Assembly: GCA_965198115.1 (NCBI GenBank)
Contig: OZ240241.1
Coordinates: forward strand, 6,144,001-6,208,000
Length of the DNA stretch: 64,000 nt
Origin: Candidatus Latescibacterota bacterium
Lineage (GTDB): Bacteria; Latescibacterota; UBA2968
Direction of reading: 5' to 3'
Every line of letters starts with the position of its first letter. Within the stretch, counting starts at the first letter, position 1. Positions 41,730 to 52,113 of the stretch are shown here, piece after piece. The notes under the pieces were generated by a model that saw nothing but the letters and a program-made list of their open reading frames with translations, was not told the DNA's origin and made no database searches. A program made the position numbers and the translations under genes.

Positions 41730-41893
41730 AACCGCACATCACCTCCTTCCGGGGGGATTACTACCTGCCTTATGTCGATGTTGCGGGCGAACTGAAATTC
41801 GTCCCTGTCAATGTTTTCGGACGAACGCCATTCTCCTCGACGTCAACGCGCGTCTACCGTCCACCGTCTACAGTTTACCGTCACCGTTCGACC

Positions 41894-43678
41894 CTACAGC
41901 TCGTCCAACTCCTGTGCCAGGCCCTGTCGTCGGAACATCTCTCCGTAGATGCCATCGCAGGCGACAAGCTCCTCGTGCGATCCCTGTTCGACGATTCTTC
42001 CATCATCCATGACGATAATCCGGTCGGCATCCTTGACGGTCGAAATTCGATGGGCAATCACGATCGTCGTGCGTGACTTCATCACGTCTCGCAGCCCACG
42101 TAGGATTGCCTCCTCCGTGCGCGTGTCCACACTCGACATCGCGTCGTCCAGAATCAGGATCTTCGGTTCACGGATCACGGCCCGTGCCAGCGCGGTGCGC
42201 TGTTTCTGCCCGCCCGAAAGCGTCACGCCTCGCTCGCCCACGATTGTTTCGATACCGGCGGACAGAACCTCAAGATCGGGCGCGAGTTGAGAGGTCTCCG
42301 TTGCCCGCTTGACCTTGTCGCTCGTGCTCCCGGCTACACCCAGCGCCACGTTCTCACCGATCGTCTCGGAAAACAGGAACGTCTCCTGAGGCACGTATCC
42401 GATCGCTGACCGAATCTTTGGAATCGGAATCTCTTCCACGGGCTGGCCGTCGATCAGCACCTCCCCCTCGTCGCTCTGAATCAGCCGTGGAATCAGACGC
42501 GTCAGCGTCGACTTCCCCGATCCCACGCGACCCACGATCCCGAGCGTACTACCGGCCGGGATCGTGATGCTGATGTCTTCCAGCACAGCCTGTCCGTTAT
42601 ACGAAAAACTCACATCTCGAAATTCGATCTCGCCGCGGATCGAATCGTTGTCTTCATCCACCCCCGTCGGCTGCGAAGTCTCGTCGATTACTGCCTCGAT
42701 TCGCGCCAGCGAGGCGGATGCTCGCTGGAATTCGTCCACGATACGGCCCATCATCATCATCGGGCGGCTCATTCTAATCAGATAGGCATTGAACGCCACG
42801 AACGCGCCAAGCGATAGGCTACCCTCCAGAACTCTCAGACCGCCCAACCACAGGATGATGACCAGCGACACGCCATTCAGGAAGAAAGTAAACGGGTAAA
42901 ACAGACTGCGTATGTTGATCAGGGTGTGGTTCCGCGTCACATACTCGTCGTTCAGGACGCTGAACCGGCTGATCTCCGCAAGCCGTCGTGAGAACGCTTT
43001 GACGACTCGCACACCGGACAGGTTCTCACCCACACAGCTGCTTATTACGCCGAATTGTTCCTGCACACTGCGATAACCCGTGCGCATCCTGCGTGCCACG
43101 CGCTGCGTAATCAGCACCATAAGCGGCACCGGAGCCAGAGACAACAGCGCCAGCTTCCAGTCGATCGTACACATCAGAGCCAAGCTCAGGACGAACGTAA
43201 GCACCCCTGTCAGCGACATCCGGAACGCGTGGTGCAGGAAGCGCTGGATCGCCTCGACGTCGTTCGTAGCCCTCGCCATCAGATCGCCCACCTGGCGCTG
43301 GTTGAAGAATGACATCGGGAGCGTCACCAGGTGACGCACGTATTTTGTCCTAAGGTCCCGCTCCACGTAACGCGACAGGCCAGTGAAGCTGTAGCGCATG
43401 CCGAAACCGGCTACCCATTGGAGAATCCCCAGGCCCGCCAGCACGACGCCGAACCACGCAAAATCCCCGGACACGCTGCCTGTTCGTGTCGGGGGCAGAG
43501 GAAGGCCGAGATTCGAGGCATCGAGGAAAGCTTTCCCCTCGTCGATAGCCCATTTGAGAATCAGAGGAACAACGGTCTGGATAGCCTGCCCGACGAGAAG
43601 GAGCACAAGCCCGACAAGGACCATGCGTCGGTAGGGTCGAAGGTATGGATGGAAGGGTTTGAGCAGATTGACAGTCAA
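41894..43678 (-). CDS. ABC exporter half-transporter (LDDA subunit; YheI/TmrAB-like heterodimer)
   Basis: TMD plus GRVGSGKST, LSGGQKQR, LDDA and IAHRIST. Confidence 0.95.
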   Translation of the reverse strand: MTVNLLKPFHPYLRPYRRMVLVGLVLLLVGQAIQTVVPLILKWAIDEGKAFLDASNLGLPLPPTRTGSVSGDFAWFGVVLAGLGILQWVAGFGMRYSFTGLSRYVERDLRTKYVRHLVTLPMSFFNQRQVGDLMARATNDVEAIQRFLHHAFRMSLTGVLTFVLSLALMCTIDWKLALLSLAPVPLMVLITQRVARRMRTGYRSVQEQFGVISSCVGENLSGVRVVKAFSRRLAEISRFSVLNDEYVTRNHTLINIRSLFYPFTFFLNGVSLVIILWLGGLRVLEGSLSLGAFVAFNAYLIRMSRPMMMMGRIVDEFQRASASLARIEAVIDETSQPTGVDEDNDSIRGEIEFRDVSFSYNGQAVLEDISITIPAGSTLGIVGRVGSGKSTLTRLIPRLIQSDEGEVLIDGQPVEEIPIPKIRSAIGYVPQETFLFSETIGENVALGVAGSTSDKVKRATETSQLAPDLEVLSAGIETIVGERGVTLSGGQKQRTALARAVIREPKILILDDAMSSVDTRTEEAILRGLRDVMKSRTTIVIAHRISTVKDADRIIVMDDGRIVEQGSHEELVACDGIYGEMFRRQGLAQELDEL

Positions 43679-43834
43679 TGCAGGTCCCTAAGTGAGTGAT
43701 CGCTAACCACTCTTAAATGCATCACAAGCCGTGAAAAGTCAAGTGTATAGAATGCCAGGTAGTGTCCTAATTTGAAAGCCCGACCTCCCGTAGGGGGAGG
43801 CCCGAAAGACCGGGCCCAGAGCTTCACCCGATTA

Positions 43835-43985
43835 TTACTCGGGATCGTCCTTGACATGAATCGGGATGCCCTTCACGCCCAGTTCAGGCGCGGTGACTTC
43901 CCGACCATCCGCCAGTGTCACACGATTAGCGAAACTCGATGTGATAGCCGGGCAGCGGCGGCTACTTCTTCTTCCTGGTGCTCAT
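43835..43985 (-). pseudogene. Degenerate small basic protein remnant
   Basis: MSTRKKK*PPLPGYHIEFR* then, frameshifted, VTLADGREVTAPELGVKGIPIHVKDDPE**. Confidence 0.35.
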
Positions 43986-44353
43986 GGTGATTTTGAGAAG
44001 CTGAAAACCGCTCTTACAACCAGTCTTGAGGGACTGAAGGCAGCCTTCGTGCGTGACGAACAGCCCGAGGATGAGAGTGGATGAGGTAGGAATTGAACAG
44101 TTGAGGCAAGCAGCGGAACAGCTACACGTGTAAAGCCACATACGAACGTACAGAGCACGCTACAGAAACCTTCCAGGACGAAACCGTTGTGGGATGGGCC
44201 CTGTCGCCGTTTTCGCCCTGGAAGGCCACGCATCGGCGTCTACCGCATACGCTTAGTCGTCTCCCATTCCAGGCTCAGATAGACAGAGTGATTCAGGCGG
44301 AAATCACGCCCTGCGTCAACGAGACGAGGAGGTGCTTCGAAGTTCCCGAGCGA

Positions 44354-46645
44354 CTACAACTCGTACTGGATCTCCGCAACGGCTATAATGCCTATTTCCG
44401 GGCCACCACCGAATTCAACGTGGTCGTTATCCAGCAGATTCTTCACCGATGCCCGGTAGATCAGTCTGTTCCGGGCCCGGTAGGAAACATCGAGATCGAG
44501 AACCGCATAGGCCGGAACGCGCCCGGTCAACACCCCGCTCCGAAACTCGTAATCGCTCACCCGACGAACGGCCAGCCCGACGGTCGCACCCTCGGTAAGG
44601 GCGTTTCGCCATCTCATCCCCAACTTCACTGTCGCTTCAGGCGTGTTGAACGGCTGCGAAAGCCCCCGCGCATCTTCGAGTGTGTCGGCATCCAGGAATG
44701 AGGCGTTTCCGCTGAAAATCACCTCATCCGTCGCATAGAAGTTCATACCGACATCGACGCCGATGACGTTCTGTTCGCCGAAGTTGATGTTGCTCAGGGT
44801 TTCTTCGAGAACGGGAACGCCCGCCTTATCCAAGATGACCACGCCACTTTGAATGTTACTGATCGGAATCGCACCACTGATGAAATTCTGATAGTGGCTG
44901 CGATACACGCTCACATCCACGAAAACCCGGTTTCCGAAAATACCCTTGAACCCCACCTCGACCGTCTCCACATCCTCCGGAACGAGTGGATCCACGCCTG
45001 CAGCATAGGCCGCGGGCAGGGGACCCCCCGTCAACGAAGCGAACCGGAACCCCGACCCGTTTCCCCGACCCGTCAGACCGGGGAAGATCGGGAGCAGGGC
45101 GAACTGTTGACTCAACGTGGGGCTTTTATAAGCTCGATTGTAGGTAGCACGGAATGCGAGCGTCGGCATCGGCTTGACCACGAGACCGACCTTCGGGCTG
45201 AACTGTGAATCATAGGTTTCCGGATCGTCGAACCGACCCGCGAACGTCAACTGCAACCACGGCGAAGGCATCACATCCACTTGGCCGTAGATGCCGAACA
45301 GGCGAGCGGACGCGTCGCCCCCTTCGAACAGCGGCCCCGTAGACTCATCGTGACGAAAGCTCGCACCCACCGTCGCTCTTCCCAACGCGTGACTCGCTGA
45401 GTAGCGCGCTTCGCCCTCCCAAAAAGCCCACTCCGATCGATCCAGCGCCATCGTCTCAGCCTGTCCCCTCGGCAATCCTTCAGCCATCAGATTGGCCCGC
45501 GTGTTCAGACTGAACGTGTTCCGCGAATCATCTCCAGCACGATAAACATTGATATACCAGTGATCGTCCGAATACTTCATCTGCGTAAAGTAGTTCACAT
45601 ACCCTTTTGTCTGGCTTCGGGCGATCGGATTCAGAAACACCTGATCCATCACTGTCAATCCCGACGTCAGTGACCATTCACCCTCTTTCGTGGGGTAATA
45701 GTAGAGACCCACAGTGGCCGTCTGGAATTCCGACACGAAATCCGGATCATCCGACACGGTCCGAGAACCATCCTGACTCGTGAACGAACGGGCCTCCCCC
45801 CAGCTTTCCCCACGCTGGTAGTCCCCGGCCACCTTGTAGCCCCATCGTCCATTCAGACCCGCGTGGCGGAATCGCCCCTTGAAAATGGATCGGTTCCCAC
45901 CGGACACGACAACAGAGGTCCCACCGGATTCCCGCGGCCCCTTCGATCGCACACTCACGACACCGTTGATCGCGTCGGGCCCATAGAGCGCCGAACCCGG
46001 GCCCACGATCACTTCGATATCCCTCAGATCGTCTTTGGGCAACGTTGGGCCGTAGAGCGGATGCCCGCCGCCAGTCCTCGAGAGACGGCCATCGGTCAGG
46101 ACCAGCATCCGAGTGTTGAACGCTTCGTTGTAACCTCGTGCGTTGAAGCGCTCGTCGAACAATCCGACCTGCGTGTAGTCGATACCCTTCACGCCATCGA
46201 GCGCGCTCGTGTAGGAGGCACCGATCGTGGCGCGCTGAATTTCGGCCCCATCGACTTTCGCGATCGAAATCGGTGCGCTCAAAATGTTCTCAGCATACCG
46301 ACTGGCCGACACGACGATCTCTTCGCCCTCCAGCATCGACGGCGTCAGTCCGAAAACCATCGTCAGGGGCAGTTCGGCTACCCCGTGCACGATAGCACGG
46401 TAGCCGACGCGCGATACGCGCAATCGGTGACCGGCGTGGGGAGCATCGGGGAGTGAAAAGTTTCCATCTGCATCGGCCAGGACAGATCGAACCGGCTCAC
46501 CATTTCGATCGAGCTCCTCCACGAGAGCCCCTTCGAGCACGGCGTTGGATTCCGCATCCACGACCCGACCGGAAAGACCAGAAGCTTCGACCGAATCCGA
46601 TGAACAGAGGATCATCATCGCAACGACAAAAATGAAATAGCGCAT
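44354..46645 (-). CDS. TonB-dependent receptor with an N-terminal carboxypeptidase-regulatory-like domain
   Basis: EIVVSASR, IEVIVGPGSALYG and NLLD motifs; C-terminal YEL. Confidence 0.95.
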   Translation of the reverse strand: MRYFIFVVAMMILCSSDSVEASGLSGRVVDAESNAVLEGALVEELDRNGEPVRSVLADADGNFSLPDAPHAGHRLRVSRVGYRAIVHGVAELPLTMVFGLTPSMLEGEEIVVSASRYAENILSAPISIAKVDGAEIQRATIGASYTSALDGVKGIDYTQVGLFDERFNARGYNEAFNTRMLVLTDGRLSRTGGGHPLYGPTLPKDDLRDIEVIVGPGSALYGPDAINGVVSVRSKGPRESGGTSVVVSGGNRSIFKGRFRHAGLNGRWGYKVAGDYQRGESWGEARSFTSQDGSRTVSDDPDFVSEFQTATVGLYYYPTKEGEWSLTSGLTVMDQVFLNPIARSQTKGYVNYFTQMKYSDDHWYINVYRAGDDSRNTFSLNTRANLMAEGLPRGQAETMALDRSEWAFWEGEARYSASHALGRATVGASFRHDESTGPLFEGGDASARLFGIYGQVDVMPSPWLQLTFAGRFDDPETYDSQFSPKVGLVVKPMPTLAFRATYNRAYKSPTLSQQFALLPIFPGLTGRGNGSGFRFASLTGGPLPAAYAAGVDPLVPEDVETVEVGFKGIFGNRVFVDVSVYRSHYQNFISGAIPISNIQSGVVILDKAGVPVLEETLSNINFGEQNVIGVDVGMNFYATDEVIFSGNASFLDADTLEDARGLSQPFNTPEATVKLGMRWRNALTEGATVGLAVRRVSDYEFRSGVLTGRVPAYAVLDLDVSYRARNRLIYRASVKNLLDNDHVEFGGGPEIGIIAVAEIQYEL

Positions 46646-46805
46646 ATCGTTCCTTAATTTACTTAGAGCGAGGGGGAGCTTTCAACGATCAGCTTGGAAA
46701 AGATACGGACGCACCAAACTGAAGCAAGGTTAGCCCCAAAGGTGCTTGTCTCTCTCCGCAAGCATGGCCATATTCCAAACCCCAAAACGCAAGGGAGACT
46801 CAAAC

Positions 46806-47258
46806 GTGTCAGACTGGAAGAACCACGGCGTACGCATCGTCAAAGCCGGTGAAATGGACACGAACACACCGCAGACGCCCGGCATGAACCGCGCAGCCGC
46901 CATAGACCACGCGATGGCTGGCGCCAACAAGCTTTGGGCAGGCACTGTCACGATCCACCCGGATGCCAAGACCGGTGCCCATCACCACAGCGCGCTCGAA
47001 AGCGTCATCTACATCGTCAGCGGAAAGGCACGGATGCGCTGGGGCGATCGCCTCGAGTACGTCGCCGAAGCGGAAACAGGTGACTTCATCTACGTACCTC
47101 CCTACGTGCCCCATCAGGAGATCAACGCCAGCGAAAACGAACCGTTGTCCTGCGTGCTCGTTCGCAGCGATCAGGAACCCGTTGTCGTCAACCTCGACAT
47201 CGCACCAGCCGAGTCCCCCGAACCCGTCCGCTGGGTCGGCCCCAACCATCCCGAGTGA
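46806..47258 (+). CDS. Cupin domain protein
   Basis: TGAHHH..ESVIY, GDFIYVPPYVPHQEIN; GGAG RBS before GTG 46806. Confidence 0.9.
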   Translation: MSDWKNHGVRIVKAGEMDTNTPQTPGMNRAAAIDHAMAGANKLWAGTVTIHPDAKTGAHHHSALESVIYIVSGKARMRWGDRLEYVAEAETGDFIYVPPYVPHQEINASENEPLSCVLVRSDQEPVVVNLDIAPAESPEPVRWVGPNHPE

Positions 47259-47351
47259 AACCGTTATCCTGATCAGCAAAATGGCCACTCAACGCTTCCG
47301 TCGAGTGGCCTTTCATTCCTCCGTGCCATCGTGAATGCCATCGTGCGAACC

Positions 47352-48356
47352 TTAACTCTCCCCTGCTCCCTGCCTGTCCTGAGCGGAGGCGAAGGGCCCC
47401 CCTCCCCCCTGCAAGAACTCTTCCGGTGGTTTCTCAATAGCTAGACTATAATCCCGCTGCTCGGGATGCGGATGCCCCCCGGGGCCATACTTTCCTTCCG
47501 CGGTCGACTCCCGATCGAGCGGTATGAACGTCTCGGAAATCCCTGCATCCGAAACGTCGAAACGATAGAACCCGAGTCGCCAATCGCCGTCCGGCCAGAG
47601 GTCGCGTGCTTGCGGCATCGCAATCCCCGCACAGCGATAGAATCGAATGCCGTCCGCTTCCTGTGGAGGACGGCGGCAATGAATGTGTCCGCTCAGGACC
47701 ATTCCGACACCGGTTGCCTTAAAAGCTTCCAACATTCTCGACCGGTGCGGCTGATCGATCGAAAAGTACCATTTGCGATATTCGTCTTCCTTCGTGATAT
47801 CCCACGTCGGTTCGTCCGGCTCGTCGATGAACAGCGAGTAATGCATCATCATCACGTGATGATCTGCGCCTTCGAGCGAGGGCAGTTCCTTTTCGAGCCA
47901 CTCCCACATCCGAGTCTCGTATGATAGACCGGATCCTGCGACGGCGGCGTAGAATCCGCTGAAACGCACGTTCCTATGCATAAACGACCACGGGAACTCC
48001 CCAAAGAACTTCGCGAAGTGATCCAGTTGCTCGGCCGTCACGTTCAGCCGCGGATCGTCCCGACCTGTTGGGCCTGCGACCGATGTGTGCTTGTTGCACG
48101 TATCCATATTCCCGGGGATCGCGTAATAGGGATAGGACAGGGCGCCCAGCCGCGTCTTCGCCTCTTCGCATTCGAAATCGTGAATCGCGCCGTCGCGCGT
48201 GAGGTCACCACCGACCAACAGGAGATCGACGTCGTCGATGGCACCAAGCTGTCGGTAAGCCGTTTCGGCATTCTCCGCCATAGCCGGGTTGAACCGGTAG
48301 GACCTTGGCGACCCCGGTTGAAGATCGCAAATGTGCAAGAATGACCGGGTTTCTAT
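47352..48356 (-). CDS. Calcineurin-like metallophosphoesterase; start uncertain (RBS points to ATA 48356; ORF open to 48431)
   Basis: HICD, GGDLT, PGNMD, MHY and SGHIH motifs. Confidence 0.85.
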   Translation of the reverse strand: METRSFLHICDLQPGSPRSYRFNPAMAENAETAYRQLGAIDDVDLLLVGGDLTRDGAIHDFECEEAKTRLGALSYPYYAIPGNMDTCNKHTSVAGPTGRDDPRLNVTAEQLDHFAKFFGEFPWSFMHRNVRFSGFYAAVAGSGLSYETRMWEWLEKELPSLEGADHHVMMMHYSLFIDEPDEPTWDITKEDEYRKWYFSIDQPHRSRMLEAFKATGVGMVLSGHIHCRRPPQEADGIRFYRCAGIAMPQARDLWPDGDWRLGFYRFDVSDAGISETFIPLDRESTAEGKYGPGGHPHPEQRDYSLAIEKPPEEFLQGGGGPFASAQDRQGAGES

Positions 48357-48528
48357 CGTAGGAGCTCCGTGGGTCTGGAAAGCAGTATGGATTATCACGT
48401 AGACGTTAGCTCTGCCACAGTCTTGCTTCAAACCGTGCCCGAATTCTCACCGGATCGGCTCTGGCTGGCAAAAGCGCCGGAATCGGGCCCAATTTTACGC
48501 ATTTTATCTCGTAAGACAAACTTATCCC

Positions 48529-48557
48529 TTGCTGAAGCGAACGACCTCTCGTATATT
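48529..48557 (+). promoter_or_regulatory. Sigma70-type promoter of the csp gene
   Basis: TTGCTG-17 nt-TATATT, giving a leader of about 150 nt as is typical of cspA-like genes. Confidence 0.6.
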
Positions 48558-48623
48558 CAACGCAGATTAAGACGGAATGCTGTAGTTCTGTACCCTGTGC
48601 AAGTCATCAAGCGATAAGAGACT

Positions 48624-48665
48624 GAGGCAAGGATCAGAAGCACCGATCCCTGCCTCTTTTTATTT
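48624..48665 (+). terminator. Intrinsic terminator/attenuator-like hairpin in the csp leader
   Basis: GAGGCAAGGATC-9 nt-GATCCCTGCCTC (11/12 pairs) followed by TTTTTATTT. Confidence 0.65.
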
Positions 48666-48714
48666 AGCTAAGGACGTTGCACGAAGAAATCCGAGGAAAG
48701 GTGGTGAAGTAAAG

Positions 48715-48915
48715 TTGGCAGAAGGCACAGTCAAGTGGTTTAACGACAGCAAGGGCTTCGGCTTCATCGAGCAGGACGGTGGCGAGGACGTTTTCGTTCA
48801 CTACTCCGCGATTCAGGGTGACGGCTTCAAGACCCTGGCCGAAGGCGAACTCGTCGAGTTCGAGATCCAACAGGGACCCAAGGGTCTCCAGGCTGCGAAC
48901 GTGACCAAGCGATAA
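48715..48915 (+). CDS. Cold-shock protein (CspA family), TTG start
   Basis: [24 protein letters not shown] and [10 protein letters not shown] motifs. Confidence 0.97.
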   Translation: MAEGTVKWFNDSKGFGFIEQDGGEDVFVHYSAIQGDGFKTLAEGELVEFEIQQGPKGLQAANVTKR

Positions 48916-48935
48916 TCGCTTTTTAGCGTCATGAC

Positions 48936-48971
48936 AAAAGGGGTACGGATCCAGGATCCGTGCCCCTTTTT
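48936..48971. terminator. Bidirectional intrinsic terminator
   Basis: AAAAGGGGTACGGATC..GATCCGTGCCCCTTTTT between convergent genes. Confidence 0.88.
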
Positions 48972-49033
48972 ATGTCTTGCTCGATTCTGCCGGCTCATCT
49001 GGGAAAGTGTCCCACGTTCGTAGGTCCGGTGCG

Positions 49034-49921
49034 TCAAGTGGGCACCATCCACTTTTCGCGTTCCCACTGCTTTTCCGAGATGCGGTTCACGTACTCTTCG
49101 CCCAGATGATCCAGCAGCCAACCCTTCAGCGGCACATCGGCATCCGTTGGCTGCCACCAGCCCTTCACGTCCACTCCGTCCCCGAGCAATTGTCGCCGAA
49201 TTGGGTCACACTTCGCCAGGATCTCTTCCGGAATCAGATTGTAGTCCAGACCCCGCAGCCACCGGTAGCTGTAACCCAAAAAGATAACCTTTCGTGTCTG
49301 ATCAGAAGTGTTGATGCCTCGTGAGTGCCACATCCGTCGATCGAAGAAAACGGCGGTACCCGCCTTCACCCGAACTTGCACCACACCTTCGTAATCCTCG
49401 TCCGGGCTGCGATCCGGCATCACGTCACGCTTGTGGCTTCCCGGAATGATTCGAATCCCCCCGTGGTCGGGGTCGTCGATGTCGCTCAACCAGAACGCGA
49501 CCTTCAATGATAAACGTGGATGAGGCCGCTCCATTTCCGGAACCGGCCTGCCGCCATCCTGGTGCCACCCGCCGTGCTTCAAATCGATGGCTGACTCCGG
49601 TTCGGGCGGATAATAGATCAGATGGGAGATGTAGTGCTGGATGTTCCATCCCAGAATGTCCCACAAGAGCGGGAACGTCTTCGGATTGTCCAGCAACTCC
49701 AGAAAAACATCATCTTCAACAATCGTCCTGAACTTCGACAACAACGCATCCGGCGCCATCTCCTTGGCCGCCCGTTCTTCGGCATCCACCCGGTCCGCAG
49801 CTGTCACCAACCGACCCAACAGATCATCGTCAATCGCGTTCTCGACGATCAGGTAGCCTTCTTCGTCGAACTGTGACCGCTGTTCATCTGTCATCCTGTG
49901 TTCAAGACACGAAGTGTCCAT
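49034..49921 (-). CDS. PhyH-family Fe(II)/2OG dioxygenase
   Basis: FDEEGYLIVE, WHQD, IPGSHK and AGTAVFFDRRMWHS motifs; GGAGG RBS. Confidence 0.92.
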   Translation of the reverse strand: MDTSCLEHRMTDEQRSQFDEEGYLIVENAIDDDLLGRLVTAADRVDAEERAAKEMAPDALLSKFRTIVEDDVFLELLDNPKTFPLLWDILGWNIQHYISHLIYYPPEPESAIDLKHGGWHQDGGRPVPEMERPHPRLSLKVAFWLSDIDDPDHGGIRIIPGSHKRDVMPDRSPDEDYEGVVQVRVKAGTAVFFDRRMWHSRGINTSDQTRKVIFLGYSYRWLRGLDYNLIPEEILAKCDPIRRQLLGDGVDVKGWWQPTDADVPLKGWLLDHLGEEYVNRISEKQWEREKWMVPT

Positions 49922-49932
49922 TCTGCCTCCGG

Positions 49933-51027
49933 TCACTTTCCCTTTTCTATGACCTCACGGAACCGACTCGCCACGACGGCTGATTCACCCAGCTCCATCA
50001 TATACGGCATGAACTCCACGCCTGTCTCGTGTGCAAAAACTTCGATCCGGGGTTCACCCTGCGACAGGGCGACTTGCGCTTCGTCCGGCGTCAGCTCCAC
50101 CGTCTTTGCGTCCCACCCGATCTGGAGAATCGGGGCCACGTTGGAACGACCCGGCTCGCGGATGGCTCGTGTCATCGAAGGGACGTGGGCCACGGCCTGC
50201 CAGATCGATTCCAACCACGCCTCCCACTCCGCCCACTCGGCTTCGTGGTCGCGTTCGACCCATCGCTCGACGGCTGCGAGCAGACCCATCACCTCTTCCT
50301 TCCCCGCCTTCATCGGGCGCCCGATCGAATGGTGCGGCGCACCGTGTTGAAAAGCCGTCCATAGCAGGTCACGCTTTCCCAGGACGAGGCCCGACGATTG
50401 CGGCCCCCGGAGGCACTTCCCACCGCTGTAGGCAACGGCATCTGCCCCCTCGGCCAGGTATCGATTCGGCACGTCAGGGCGTTCCGCCGCCGCGTCGACG
50501 AACACTGGAATCCCCTCCTGTTTGCCGATCGCCGTCATCTGTGACACGGCAACGTCCCCTCGGTCCGCTGCATCCCCGAACACAGCCAGCATCGCCGTCC
50601 GATCGCCGATCGCCCCCTCCATCTCCTCCAGCGTATCGACCTCGATCATCTTCGCGCCCGTCATTCGGATCGCGTGATTGTAGACGTGCTGGTGTTTCTT
50701 CTGGATCACGACCTCATCTTTCATCCCCGCCGCATCGGGCAACTGCCTGATCGCATCCGCATCATCGCCCGCCATACACGCCGCCGTCACCTGACAGATG
50801 GCCGCCGCGCACCCGTTCGTCACCAACCCGAACTCGCAGTGCATCACCTCTGCAATTCGCTCACCGACCTTCTCCATCAGCTCATCCAAATGGACATACC
50901 GTTCCGACGCGGCCGTCATCGCCGCCTTCGCTTCCGGCAACAGTAGCGATCCGCTGATGATCGTATACGTTCCGCGGCAATTGATCAGCGGTCGAACGCC
51001 GATCGATTCATAGGTGGGGTAGGTCAT
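49933..51027 (-). CDS. SelA-like/DgaE-family PLP-dependent enzyme
   Basis: PLINCRGTYTIISGS, VDAAAE, YSGGKCLRGPQSSG and IGRPMKAGKEE motifs. Confidence 0.85.
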   Translation of the reverse strand: MTYPTYESIGVRPLINCRGTYTIISGSLLLPEAKAAMTAASERYVHLDELMEKVGERIAEVMHCEFGLVTNGCAAAICQVTAACMAGDDADAIRQLPDAAGMKDEVVIQKKHQHVYNHAIRMTGAKMIEVDTLEEMEGAIGDRTAMLAVFGDAADRGDVAVSQMTAIGKQEGIPVFVDAAAERPDVPNRYLAEGADAVAYSGGKCLRGPQSSGLVLGKRDLLWTAFQHGAPHHSIGRPMKAGKEEVMGLLAAVERWVERDHEAEWAEWEAWLESIWQAVAHVPSMTRAIREPGRSNVAPILQIGWDAKTVELTPDEAQVALSQGEPRIEVFAHETGVEFMPYMMELGESAVVASRFREVIEKGK

Positions 51028-51132
51028 TGATCTTCCTTGAGCACTTTGACAAGATTCTCGGGCCAAGCATCCCGTCGGTGATTGCCCATACCCGCCCGAA
51101 TGTTAGACCGCGACACGGTCGCGAGGGGACGG

Positions 51133-52113
51133 TCAGGCTCGCGCATACGCGTATTCGAAGACACGCTCCTCCGCCACGAACGGGGCCAGGTCATCCAACC
51201 CGAGCGCTTGAATGGCTGCCGCAACCAGCACATCCTCATCTTCCGATTCCCGGTAGGCGGTGCCCGCTGCCACGAGCGCGTCCAGTGGGACCAGCCCGAT
51301 CAGCTCGCTGCCTGTGACTTCCACACCGAGAGTGGACGCCTCTTTCCGGCAGGCCTCGAACACGGCGGGCAGGGGAGCGATCGTATGATCGAGAATGTTG
51401 AACGTCACCTGGGCGCGCTCGTAGGCATCGATATACCAACCATCGCCCTGAAGTGCCCGGAATCGCCCTGCATCGGTGTCGCCTGGGCGACCTGACGATC
51501 GAAGACGATATGCGATTTCCCGGGCCACGGTTGCATCATCCGACGCCAGGTTCACATTCCACGCTACCAGAAACGACCGGGCGCCGGTCACCGTGGCACC
51601 GGATCTGGCATTGAAGGTCGCCGGCCCGAAGTCAGGGGTAAAATCCGATCGCTGTAGTTTCTCCGGTAGGGCTTCGTATTCCCCGCGTCGAATCGCCGGC
51701 AGGGACACCCGCGCGTCGTGTCGGGCAGCGGCCCCGTACAGATACACCGGTATCTCCAGCTCCGACCCGACGCGTGAACCCACAGATTCCGACATTGCGA
51801 TGCACGCGTCCATCGACGTATCACCGACGGGCACGAACGGGCACACATCCGTCGCCCCCATCCTCGGATGCGTTCCTTGGTGGTTTGACATATCGATCGC
51901 TTCGGTCGCCTGCTCGATGCCTCGATACGCACCCTCTTCAACCGCCTCAGCCGACCCGGCAAACGTCACCACGGTACGATGTGTGTCATATCCCGGGTCG
52001 ATACTCAGCACACGGACGTTCGCCGACGCGATCGCTTCTACGATCGAATCAATCGCACCGACATCTCGCCCCTCGCTGAAGTTGGGAACGCACTCAACCA
52101 GATCCGTACTCAT
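51133..52113 (-). CDS. ftcD: Glutamate formimidoyltransferase (no cyclodeaminase domain)
   Basis: VECVPNFSEGR, HRTVVT, HPRMGATDVCPFVP and GSELIGLVP motifs. Confidence 0.93.
   Translation of the reverse strand: MSTDLVECVPNFSEGRDVGAIDSIVEAIASANVRVLSIDPGYDTHRTVVTFAGSAEAVEEGAYRGIEQATEAIDMSNHQGTHPRMGATDVCPFVPVGDTSMDACIAMSESVGSRVGSELEIPVYLYGAAARHDARVSLPAIRRGEYEALPEKLQRSDFTPDFGPATFNARSGATVTGARSFLVAWNVNLASDDATVAREIAYRLRSSGRPGDTDAGRFRALQGDGWYIDAYERAQVTFNILDHTIAPLPAVFEACRKEASTLGVEVTGSELIGLVPLDALVAAGTAYRESEDEDVLVAAAIQALGLDDLAPFVAEERVFEYAYARA

Noticed and set aside
49933-51027. Selenocysteine synthase selA
   Set aside because: The protein is short, lacks the N-terminal tRNA-binding region, has a DgaE-like GRPMKAGKEE motif, and no selB, selC or selD is nearby.
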